Assembly: GCF_006345805.1 (NCBI RefSeq)
Contig: NW_021832644.1
Span: forward strand, 1-30,111
Direction: 5' to 3'
Source of the DNA: Octopus sinensis
Taxonomy: Eukaryota
Length of the DNA stretch: 30,111 nucleotides
The position numbers and the translations under genes are program-made. This document shows, one piece after another, positions 1-11,039 of the stretch. Below the pieces are notes generated by a model that was given only the letters and a program-made list of their open reading frames with translations, was not told where the DNA came from and searched no databases. Numbering within the stretch: position 1 is the first letter of the stretch; each line of letters opens with the position of its first letter.

Positions 1-519
<519 letters not shown>

Positions 520-629
520 TGTTTAAATTTCGAACGTCGATCAGGGATGTTCATCTTTTTTTTCAATCTACGGAGAAACGATTCATTCTGCCCTGTTGTT
601 ATACCTACTATATATGTAATTATAACATG

Positions 630-779
630 TAACCAACTGAGACCGAACTTATTTTTCGACCCGGAAAGGATGAAAGGTAAAGTCGACCTCGGCGGAATTT
701 GAACTCAGAACGTAACGGTAGACGAAATACCGCTAAACATTTTGCCCGACGTGCTAACGTTTCTGCCAGCTCGCCACCC
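630..779 (-). mobile_element. tRNA-headed SINE, family A (GGCGAGCTGGCAGAA...GTTCAAATTCCGCCGAGGTCGACTTT.CCTTTCATCCTTTC.GGGTCGA)
   Basis: A-box-like GAGCTGGCAGAA and B-box-like GAGTTCAAATTCC on the minus strand, followed by a central block shared with more than 10 other copies in the window. The block resembles the Deu/Nin-type SINE domain (from recollection). Confidence 0.9.
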
Positions 780-799
780 TTTCTCATATTATATCGGTT

Positions 800-1015
800 G
801 AAAAAATGTTTATACCATTTTTTTTGTTCTATATTTAAGAGATGAGGAATTATGTACATTATTTATATTATTTACATTATTTACATTTGACGGATATTTG
901 TCCTCATCTTGTTTGTTGTTAACACAACGTTTTGGCTGATATACCCTCCAGCCTTCATCAGGTGTCTTGGGGAAATTTCGAACTTGCGTTCTCCTTCCTA
1001 AGGTACTTTTCGATG
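800..1015 (-). mobile_element. Short repeat module containing a minimal hammerhead-like motif (Penelope pLTR-like)
   Basis: Minus strand 966-921 reads GACAC-CTGATGA-A-GGCTG-loop-CAGCC-AAAA-CG-TT-GTGTT, followed by an AT/T-rich tail. No RT or GIY-YIG ORF is present, so the Penelope link is inference. Confidence 0.55.
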
Positions 1016-1400
1016 TTATTATTATTATTATTATTATTATCATTATTCAGTAGTTTTATTTTTATAGCGTGCTTTCACTTCACTACCGAGCGCAGCTCTG
1101 TGTGCCTTGGGTATGTGCTGTGATTTGTTGTGATGCTCTGATGGTTATTGTATGGAAAGTGTTCTGCGTAGGATGTGTGCAGTGCCTAGTAGTGCAATTT
1201 TCTGTATGTTATATGTGTTTGTAAGTCTTGTGTTTTGTTATGTATTTGTCTGAATATTTTTTATCATGCCTAATGCACCTACTATGATAGGAATTGTTTC
1301 TGTTTTCAGATTCCACATTCTAGTTACCTCTATTTCCAGGTCTTTGTATTTTGAGAGTTTCTCCATTTCTTTTAGAGACACGTTGTCATCTGCCGGTATG
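1016..1400 (-). mobile_element. 5'-truncated R4/Dong-like non-LTR retrotransposon 3' end (C-terminal REL endonuclease region, 3'UTR, (TAA)n tail)
   Basis: Minus translation from 1399 gives IPADDNVSLKEMEKLSKYKDLEIEVTRMWNLKTETIPIIVGALGMIK, then after frameshifts NIQKIALLGTAHILRRTLSIQ*. This matches the typical ..D..EK..KY..L / PIIVGALG / GTAHILR C-terminus of R4/Dong-clade ORFs. The 3'UTR runs into (TAA)n. Confidence 0.85.
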
Positions 1401-1439
1401 TAAATAATGTAAATAATGTATCATTTTTTTCTGTTGGCG

Positions 1440-1722
1440 GTTTCTAAACACGTGATTTCGTTTCTCATATGACCGACGTATAATCCCAGACATGTTTTAT
1501 GGAGATGGCTCCATAGTCAAGAGAACTGTTCGTAAGTGGTTCCCTGAATTTTGAAGTTAAATTTTTCATCAGGAAAACTAAGAATGTTCCGGGAAGCGTA
1601 GTCTTTGATGCTGACCAAATGAAAATGCGAATCAAAAGTAATTCAGGTCACATGACACGGGGTATGACAGAGAAGCTCCATATTTCTCAAACAATAGTCA
1701 TAAAGTATTTAAAAACATTTAT
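1440..1722 (+). mobile_element. Decayed mariner transposase N-terminal (HTH) fragment
   Basis: YGDGSIVKRTVRKWFPEF at 1498-1551 and downstream DADQMKMRIKSNSGHMTRGMTEKLHISQTIVIKYLK, with stops and frameshifts. Matches the mariner bipartite HTH pattern (YG....RT..RWF). Confidence 0.75.
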
Positions 1723-1723
1723 A

Positions 1724-1799
<76 letters not shown>

Positions 1800-1804
<5 letters not shown>

Positions 1805-2602
1805 GAGTGTATTTTACCTTGTTAACAATTAACACGGATAAATAAATGAATAGTTACCAGGGCAGCAAAAATCTCACAAGTAAAGAGGTTACTCCTTGTT
1901 TATAAAGGTTGAAACTTCTTGTTTACGTTGAATATTTGAATAATATGAATAAAAAATGGAGTTAACGCAGGTTTAAACAAGTATTTTTACTTTCTTATAT
2001 GTTTCAAAAATTCCACTGATACTTATTCAAAAGAATAAAAGGTATAAACAATGCAATCTTCTCTTCGGGAAAGTGAAAAAACGAAACTTGTCAATACGAC
2101 ATTTTAGCAAAAAATGATGGATTCGTATAGCGATAGACGAACGCTATTAATATTGTTTAAAAACGTTATATGATATAACGTCATAAGTAGCTAACAGAAA
2201 GAGTAGGGATATTAATAGTGAATGTTAAATATAAAGGAATTAAAGTCTAAACTATATATAATGATAGAGACTACTTATATGCACTAAAAGTATGTTTCTG
2301 CCAATGCTTACATCTGTATGCTCGTTCTATAACCGTGTTTACTAGAGTATTTTTAGAAAAAATAATGAAAAATAGCTCAGAATTGCAGAGAAGACAGAAT
2401 TTCTTGCCTTTGTCATATGGTATCGAAATTGAGAGGATCAACCATTCTAAATGAAATTGTTCATTGTGGTATTTTAAATCCGAAGAGAAGATTGCATTGT
2501 TTATACCTTTTATTCTTTTGAATAAGTATCAGTGGAATTTTTGAAACATATGTAGAAAGTAAAAATACTTGTTTAAACCTGCGTTAACTCCATTTTTTAT
2601 TC

Positions 2603-2606
<4 letters not shown>
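1800..2606. mobile_element. Foldback/MITE-like element between (TA)n tracts with ~126-bp inverted repeats
   Basis: 1943-2068 is the reverse complement of 2480-2606 with only 1 substitution and 1 indel. Both outer flanks are (TA)n tracts. Confidence 0.7.
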
Positions 2607-2685
<79 letters not shown>

Positions 2686-2704
2686 GTATGCATGCATGTG
2701 TGGA

Positions 2705-3085
2705 GGCGCACTTGCCCAGTGGTTAGGGCAGCAGACTCGCGGTCATAGGATTGGGCTTCGATTCCCAGACCGGTCGTAGTAAGTTTTTTTTTTGAGTGAA
2801 AACACCCTAAAAGCTCCACGAGTCTCCGGCAGGGAATGGTGGTGAATCCTGCTGTACTCTTTCACCACAACTTTCTCTCAGTCTTTCTTCCTGTTTCTGT
2901 GGTACCTGTATTTCAAAGGGCCAAACTTGTCACAGTCTGTGTCACGCTGAACCTTCCTGAAAACTACGTTAAGAGTACACGTGTCTGTGGAGTGCTCAGC
3001 CACTTTCATGTTAATTTCACGAGCAAACTATTCCGTTGATCGCATCAATTGGTACCTCCTTCGTTGTCGCAACCGACGGAATGCC
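2705..3085 (+). mobile_element. Full-length tRNA-derived SINE, family B (possibly an octopus OR-type, tRNA-Arg-like head)
   Basis: Head GGCGCACTTGCCCAGTGGTTAGGGCAGCAGACTCGCGGTC...TTCGATTCCCAGACCGG carries A/B-box-like motifs, followed by a ~310-bp body ending AACCGACGGAATGCC. Family name is from recollection. Confidence 0.8.
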
Positions 3086-3099
3086 GCGACGACGTATGC

Positions 3100-3117
3100 A
3101 TGTACTTATGTATTATA

Positions 3118-3159
<42 letters not shown>

Positions 3160-3227
3160 ATATATATATATGTGGGGGGGGGCGTATATATACATATATA
3201 TGTATATATATGTATATATATATATAT

Positions 3228-3259
<32 letters not shown>

Positions 3260-3318
3260 ATATATACGCACATATATATATATATACCCATAATAATACA
3301 AAAGAACAATGTAGTAGT

Positions 3319-3368
<50 letters not shown>

Positions 3369-3375
3369 AGTAGTA
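3100..3375. repeat. (TA)n then (GTA)n microsatellites
   Basis: Seen directly. Confidence 0.97.
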
Positions 3376-3699
3376 GTGTAGTTAGCGAAAGATGGCTTAT
3401 GTGTATGCAAAAATTCGCTGGCGATGTCTTCCTGATAATGGAAACGTATATAAGTCTGCGTGTCTTTCAGTCGGTTTATCGTACTTAATGAAAGGTTATC
3501 TCTGGTCGAGGAACTGTTATTATTAGATTGGAAAAGAAGAACAAAAAGAGAAACCAATACAACAACAACAACGAAAAAAAAATGAAAATAAAAAAAAAAA
3601 TAATAAAGCAGCCAGAGTATCGGTGTCTGGATCTTGAAGAAGATACATTTGTGAGGATGGATAGCTTAGATGTAGTTTGGCTTAGCAGCTGTTCTGAAA

Positions 3700-3735
3700 C
3701 GTTGTTGTTGCTGTTGTTATTGTTGTTGTTGTTGC

Positions 3736-3771
<36 letters not shown>
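3700..3771. repeat. (GTT)n microsatellite
   Basis: Seen directly. Confidence 0.97.
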
Positions 3772-4070
3772 ATTGACTTGTCTTTTTGTGTTGTCTTTTC
3801 CTTTGTTTTCAACATTAATTCTTGTAGTTATTGTTTAAGACTTCTAAATGGTGTTTAGAAAGCTTTGCGAGTCGTTAAAGTTCATAGAAAAGTTATCTCG
3901 ATCTAAATCTCCACAATCTTCATCGCTCTCTTTTTTCTCTGTCTGTCTTACGCCCTCTCTCACTCTCTCCCTCTCTCTCTTGTCCTCTCTCTCTCTCCTT
4001 TTCTCTCCCTCACTCTCGTTTTCTCTCTCTCTCTCCCTCTCAATCATTCACCATCTCTCACTTTGTCTCC

Positions 4071-4320
4071 CCCATAAACCCCCGTTACGTCCGAGCATGA
4101 AATGAATCGTGCGTACGTCTCGGCTCCCGGCGTGGAAAACCCTTCAAACAGGTCCCCCACTCCGCCTTCCTTAATCTACGTCCTTCTCTGTGCCTCCCCC
4201 TTCTCTCTCTCCCTCCTCTTCTCTCTCACTACCTCTCTCTTTCACCCACCCCCCACCCATAAACCCCCGTTAGGTCCCTGAATAAAATGAACCTTGCGTG
4301 CGGTTCGGCTCTCTGTGTGG
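4071..4320. repeat. Gapless direct duplication of a 65-bp non-simple module (4071-4135 and 4256-4320)
   Basis: 52 of 65 positions identical with no gaps. Both copies are preceded by CT-rich tracts. Confidence 0.85.
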
Positions 4321-4772
4321 GTTTTGTGATATAAAATAACTGGAGAGAAAGCCCATCTAACTAGTGCTCCCCTCCCCACATGACCACCACCATCAACCGC
4401 TCTCTCCGCCCTCCTTGCTGCACTTCACTACCCTCAACGTTTCGAGACATTTATCAACCAGATGACTCTCATATTTCAATCTAACCGAAGCCATTACGGC
4501 TGATCAAGTATCTTTGTAATTTAACCAGAGATGGCCTACCAGTTGGTGGGATGCGTGTACATCGCCCCCTATGTATTTGCACGCATGAATATGTATTTGT
4601 GTGTGTTTGTGTGCGAGTGTGTGTATGTGTGTGTGTCTGTCTTTCTGTGTGTGTGTGTGTGTGTGTGTATCCATCTATTTATCACTCGCGTCTTTCTTTC
4701 TTTCTCTCTTTCTTTTTCCCTCTGTATATAGGCATTTATATGTGTGTGTACACAGAGAAAGAGAGAGAGAGA

Positions 4773-5152
4773 GACGCAAAGGCGTGGGTGTGTGGTAAGA
4801 AGTTTGATTTCCAACCACACGGTTTCGGGTTGAGTCCCACTATGCAGTACCTTGGACATAGCTCCTCGCTGACAAAATCCTTGTGAGTGGATCTGATAGA
4901 TGGAAACTGAAAGAATCCTGTCGTGTATATGTATACGCGTGTGTGTGTGTTTCTGTTTGTCTCTTACAAACCAGTGTTTGTTTGTTTACGTCCCCATAAC
5001 TCTGCGGTTTTGTAAAAAAATAGGCCACCAAAATACTTAGTAAAAATTAAAAAGAAATGGTCAAGGGCCGATTTGTTCGGCTAAACCCTTCAAAAGGATG
5101 CCCCAGCAGGGGCGCAGTCTAACAAGTGAAACCAGTAAAAGATATAAAATAA
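4773..5152 (+). mobile_element. tRNA-headed SINE, family C (internal TA/TG tract, conserved 3' block GTTTACGTCCCC.TAACT...CCCCAGCA.GG..GCAGTC....TGAAAC.AGTAAAAG)
   Basis: Head GGCGTGGGTGTGTGGTAAGAAG...GGTTTCGGGTTGAGTCCCACT. The 3' block recurs at 10441-10655, 13625-13713 (-), 18362-18600 (-) and 27000-27236. Confidence 0.8.
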
Positions 5153-5700
5153 AAGATCATCTCTAGGTGTACCTGTTGATACACTTGTACACTTTTCATG
5201 AGGACGCAAGTCTTTTTAAAAAACAAAAACATTTCAAGCGATTCTGGAAATCTGCTGTTATGAAGTCCCGTGCACCGCTGACAATAGAAATGACGATGGT
5301 AGCCTCCTCCCATAATCGGAGAAAGCCAGTCCTGCAGTTTATTGCTAAACAACGTGCAACAGACGGTTTGTCGGTTGTGGTCAAAACGTGTGTGTGTGTT
5401 GTACATTGGCTCACTTCTTCCATCAAATCGACGTTGCATGAACGAGATGAACGGTGTACCACGCGTCAGGTGTCGAAGTGATGATTGTGTGAACATTGTT
5501 CGAAAATAATTATTCGAGTAGTAAATTGTATGAATGAAAATTTTTCAAAAGGACAATTATACGAAATGTTAATCATTTGGTTTTTTTTTGGTTTTTTTCA
5601 ACAAAAATGATAAAATTAAAAATCAAGTACGCAATATTTATTTCGAATAACTGTTTTTCAAATAATTGTTTTTGTACAATTTTCATGATACGGAGATGAT

Positions 5701-5815
5701 TGCAGAGTTACGTGAGATGAAGTGTTTTGCTCAAAAACACAACACACTACTCGTTCCAGGTATAGAAACCAAGATCTGGTGGTCGTGAGTGCAACACCCT
5801 CACCATTCGGCCATG
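5701..5815 (-). mobile_element. Old tRNA-headed CORE-like SINE fragment
   Basis: The minus strand has CATGGCCGAATGGTGAGGGTG...GTGTGTTGTGTTTTTGAGCAAAACACTTCATCTCAC, similar to the head and core of the 13268 and 15007 copies. Confidence 0.6.
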
Positions 5816-7744
5816 ATAATAGGCACCGAAGAAAGTCAATAATTTAAAGACAAGAATCACATGTTCTTCATTAGCTCAGTACAAATATTCTCCTTTGCCC
5901 TGTTTTAGACGCCATGTTCACATCCGTTGGACAAATGGCCTCCTTCTACGACGACGAATGACTGTTGTTCTCTGTCCCGTAGGGCGATATCATGTACGTA
6001 CGTTCTCTTCAATTTTAAATATTTGAATTCTTCCTGTAATGAAGGAATTGGTTTCTACCAAACATACTAAGTTCTCAGGCTGGAATGTAGATAACAAAAA
6101 CAATATCATAGGTTGAACTTTTAGAAAAGTCTTGTATATTTTTATTGTTTCACTTATAGATTGCATTTGTAATGTGGAATTTACCTCGGCAATTTACTTA
6201 TAAAACTAAGTGCACCAATTATTATTGGTATAAGTGTGAATTTATAACCTAGTTATAGAAGCTGGAGACTTCGTGGCTCTGGTAGGGTATTTACCCGATT
6301 TTCTAAGCTGTTTTCACAGCCATCCTGCGTTCGAGAATTCCTTTAATTTCTGTAGAATACCGACACACTCGAAGCTTATAAATTTATTTACTATATATGT
6401 ATATACGTACGAATCTTTGAGTATTTGAGTACGATTTTTTTTTTTAATTATCTGAATTATGATAATAAAAACGGGGTTGAGTTTAAACAAAGAAAGCACT
6501 GTCGCTGCAATTTGGCAACCAAAAACTACGAGATTACGAGTGGAAGTCCGCCAAATTAGTAGTAAGTGATCCTGCCGATAGATGTGTCACGATTTCGCTT
6601 CCTGTCACCGACACTTTACTAAGACCACAAGCAAAACATGTTTTAGTTGTGTTGGTTCAGTCTGTTTTCAAATAAATACTACGAAGTATTTTTTCATTTT
6701 CATTTTGCTGCTTTCGCAGATTCCCATCCAATTCTGTTATAGTGAAAGTGAAATGGAAGCTTAAGTCATCGTGAATCTTCCATTAGCTGATTACGTAACC
6801 ATGGACATCATCACCCTTATGGATGTATTGCAGTTACACTCATGATAGGGCTTAGTGATCCTAACCGTTCATCTTCTAGGATTCCTCTGTTCAGCATCAA
6901 TGCAAGAAGACCCGCCGACTCAGCTGCTCTCTTCAGCTACATCTTCACAATTCACCATGATGCAGTCCCATGACTTCGCCGCATCCTTAGCAGGGTGGCT
7001 GAACGGGTGCTATGCCTTGGCAAAGGGCAGCCCGTAACTATGCACAGCACGGTCGTAACCCCGTGAGGTATTTCCAAACTACCCGCATACCCGCGAGATA
7101 GAGTTTTAAATACCTTTAACGGATACGGTAGTGTTGTTTGAAGTGAAACCCGTGTTACTTTCATATGTCATGTGGACATGATATGGAAATAAGCTATCAA
7201 CATCCATCACTGGAAAATGAGAAGATTACGATCTCCTAAGTCCATAAAAATAAAAAAATAATTCCACCCAACTCCGATATTGAGGGTTATAATCCCTTAA
7301 CGATGCAACACACTATGTTTATCACACTTTGTCTGGGAAATATAAATATCGATTTATTGACTGATTTATTTATTCATTCGTTCATCGATTACCACGTAGA
7401 CACACACACACAAACACAAACACAAGCATACAAACACACACACGCATACATACAGGCAACTTATATCAGATATATCAAAGTATAGCCGTTCTTGTTCTGC
7501 CACTTTTGTCTGTAGATGAAGGCATCAATATGCGTAGAATGGTGAGTCAGTTATATAAGAGTGTCTGGCCAGTCAGCTGACAGTTATTCTTGCATCCAGT
7601 CATTCTAACATCATCGATCTTATTGCAGACTCCATCACAAGACTTTTTATCATTGTTATTAAGTCAATAAGAGAACGGCATTCGGCTTAGTTGTGTTGCC
7701 ACTTTAAATAATTGGATTGTATCGCATTTAGAAGATATACATAC

Positions 7745-7756
7745 AAACAACACACA

Positions 7757-7787
<31 letters not shown>

Positions 7788-7801
7788 CATACATACATAC
7801 A

Positions 7802-7866
<65 letters not shown>

Positions 7867-7947
7867 TATAATATATATATTATATATATATATATATATA
7901 TATTATACACACACAGAGGATATGAGGTTTTCGTCAGGATGACTCAA

Positions 7948-7993
<46 letters not shown>

Positions 7994-8105
7994 TACAAAG
8001 TACATATATTCATGTATATATGCACATGTATATATACAACTACATACATATATACATTCATATATTATATATATTAGTACACACATATCAATAGACGTAT
8101 ATATG

Positions 8106-8138
<33 letters not shown>

Positions 8139-8170
8139 ATATTATATATATATATATTATATATATATAT

Positions 8171-8203
<33 letters not shown>

Positions 8204-8291
8204 ATATATTATATATATATATATATTATATATATATATATATAATATATATACATAATATATATGTATATGTATACATATGTATATATAT

Positions 8292-8324
<33 letters not shown>

Positions 8325-8465
8325 GTGTGTGTATACATATATATATATGTATACATATATATATATGTGTGTATGTTGCCCATATATGTATATATCTATA
8401 TATAGTTATACGTGTGTCTATATATATATAGTTGCGTGTGTGTGTGTGTGTGTGTGTGTGTCTGT
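7745..8465. repeat. Long compound (CA)n/(TACA)n/(TA)n/(TG)n microsatellite field
   Basis: Seen directly. Interrupted by a ~35-bp unique island at 7914-7949. Confidence 0.97.
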
Positions 8466-8611
8466 GTGTGTGAACGTGCCTATCTCTTGTTCTTCAAATT
8501 CCTCACTCCTGTCCTGCATTGGGTTCAGCTGTCTCAACTCACCTCTCTATTCCTCTCTCTCTCTCTCTCCTTTTCTCTCGCTCACTTGCTCGTTCCCCCG
8601 AATGCCACCGG

Positions 8612-8905
8612 CATCATCATCATCATCATCATCGTCATCATCAGCATTCTACCTTGATCATTATCATTACCAATACATTATTATCCTCACCATCATCATC
8701 ATCCCTATCGTCATCCTCATATTCACCTTCCTCATCTTCCTCATCCTCTTCATTCTTATCCTCATCAACACCAACATCATCGTCACTATCATCATCACCA
8801 TCATCACCATCATCATTATTACCATCATCATCGTCACCATCAACATCATCATCATCATCGTCACCATCAACATCACCATCATCATCATCATCATCATCAT
8901 TATGA
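8612..8905. repeat. Degenerate (CAT)n trinucleotide repeat
   Basis: Seen directly. Confidence 0.95.
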
Positions 8906-9456
8906 ACATCGACAGCAACTGACAGCTCAACTGGTACTTAATGAAAGTCGACCTCAGTGGAGTTTGAACAGCAGACAAAATACCGCTAAGCATTTCGCCC
9001 AGCGTGCTAACAACTCTGCCAGCTCGTCTACTATTTACAAAACATTGATTTCAAATTTTGCCACAAGGCCAGAAATTTCAGCGGGTCAATTAGATTGACC
9101 CCAGTATTTAACTGGTATTTTATTTTATCGACCCCGAAAGGATGAATGGCAAAGTTGACCTCGATAAATTTTAACTCAGATCGTAACACCGGACGAAAAG
9201 CCACTGAGCATTTTCCTGGCGTGTTAACGACGATTCTTATTTCTTTATCGCCCACAGGGGCTAAATATAGAGGGGACAAACAAGGACATACAAAGGGATT
9301 AAGTCGATTACATCGACCCCAGTTCGTAACTGGTACTTAATTTATCGACCCTGAAAGGATGAAAGGCAAAGTCGACCTCGGCGGAATTTGAACTGAGAAC
9401 GTAGCGGCAGACAAAATACCACTGGCGTGCTAACATTTCTGCCAGCTCGCCGCCTT
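8906..9456 (-). mobile_element. Three head-to-tail family-A SINE copies (8906-9028, 9070-9236, 9240-9456)
   Basis: Each has the ACTGGTA(C/T)T...GTCGACCTC block plus a tRNA-like head (truncated in the middle copy). The third copy is complete, with a 3' tail ending ...GCCCCTGTGGGCGATAAAGAAA. Confidence 0.9.
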
Positions 9457-10075
9457 AATATCGTATACTGTGTTAAACGTTATCTTTTTATTGAAAGTAA
9501 ATATGCTTCACGTCTGACCAAACTGGGAGATGTAATCACATGACTGATATTGACTTTGTCGATGCTTTCCTTTCTGTTCGCAGAGCGATTACTCATGCAT
9601 AAGATCTAGCAGGATTTTGAATCACTGCCGCAGCGAAATAAGGGAGGGGCATACATACCATGTTTCATCACTGAAGCCGCAGGGAAAGCCTCTAGGAGTC
9701 TTCAGGTAAAAAGAGCTGGCCCGTGGTTTGCTATTAATGGGATGCGAGATGCGACTTGATCAACCTTAACTAAGTTAACGAGACATGGGGCCTGATTGTT
9801 GAAAAATCTCAAAACTCTTACAACTAGAGGAACAACGCTACCGATGAGTCATCGCATCACAAACGTAGACTTCTGAATTACAGAATATGTCAGTTTTATG
9901 CATTTGTTTCACAAACAGGGGGTCTTTACGCGGTCACTTCATTTTTTTTTCTCTAAATTGATTGTTTTTCTTATTTCACTCTCGGTTGAAAAAGTCTAAA
10001 AGTCAGAAACCGGTACTAAAATGTACTTCAGGATAAAAAATTATTTTATCATTTTCTACCTCGTCTTATTTTCTT

Positions 10076-10110
<35 letters not shown>

Positions 10111-10113
<3 letters not shown>

Positions 10114-10230
10114 TCAGCCGAAATTGCGAGGATGATCCGGTTCTTGACTGAAGATTGAAGGCTTCGAATGTCCCGTCCGTGTTTTTTGTATCGTCTTCTA
10201 AATGTTTTGCGTTCTTGTCCCAGTTTGTAT
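10111..10230 (+). mobile_element. Short T-rich-tailed repeat module between (TA)n tracts with a degenerate hammerhead-like core
   Basis: CTGAAGA at 10148-10154, a GAA/TTC stem, GAA, then ..CGTC. A T-rich tail ends in (TA)n. Confidence 0.4.
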
Positions 10231-10238
10231 TTTTTTAC

Positions 10239-10400
<162 letters not shown>

Positions 10401-10440
10401 ATACAGGCATGCATATATGTGCATGTATGTATGTTTTGTG

Positions 10441-10655
10441 TGTGTATACCCCTTGTGTATCTTTTTCCGCCACTTCACAACGATGTTGGTTTGTAAGCGT
10501 CCTTGTAAAATAGGGGTTCAGCAAAAGTGCCGCGAGAATAAATGCCAAACTTTAAAAGAAAATAATAAGTACTGGGATTGACATATTCAACTAAAACCTT
10601 TCAAGGCGCTGCTCCAACATGGCCGGACTCCAATGACTGAAACGAGGAAAGAAGA
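10441..10655 (+). mobile_element. Family-C SINE 3' block
   Basis: GATGTTGGTTTGTAAGCGTCCTTGTAAAATAG...AAGGCGCTGCTCCAACATGGCCGGACTCCAATGACTGAAAC is similar to the 4773 and 26690 copies. Confidence 0.7.
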
Positions 10656-11039
10656 AAATTAAGATGAAAACAGATAAAATTTTGGAATTTTAATTTTTCA
10701 AGCTGTAATCTAAATCTGTATTTGCAATTTAAAATGGCGATTTCGTTCGAGAAAACCATAGAAATGATTAAAACAAAAACAAAATAAAGAATGAAAAATG
10801 ATCGTTCGGCCATTTATTTTTCTGCTTTTAATAATTCCTATTGATGTAGTTCTATTTCAATAGAATAGTTTTAATTAAATGTTTAGATTACGGTAATATA
10901 AAGCGAATTATTTTAGCTAAGCCTGTATCTCTATGTTGCTAACCAACGTTTAAAGCAAGACATCGGAGACAAACATTGAAAAATGGAGGCTAAAAAGTTC
11001 TCCAGCGAATATTTGTTGATTTGTATTAATTCCTGTCTT

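Noticed and set aside
2705-2775. tRNA-like sequences at SINE heads (also 13268, 15007, 4773)
   Set aside because: They lack complete acceptor-stem cloverleafs and are fused to repeated SINE bodies, so they are not tRNA genes.
5119-5496. Three overlapping 88-125 aa ORFs in non-simple sequence
   Set aside because: No recognisable motif in any frame and no coherent splice context. Left unassigned.
6880-6975. Peptide RPADSAALFSYIFT superficially like the ABCC N-terminal linker motif
   Set aside because: The frame terminates a few codons later without the conserved Trp or a splice donor. Likely chance.
8323-8993. Long 108-199 aa ORFs resembling His/Ser-rich or hydrophobic proteins
   Set aside because: Entirely explained by (CAT)n and (TG)n repeats.
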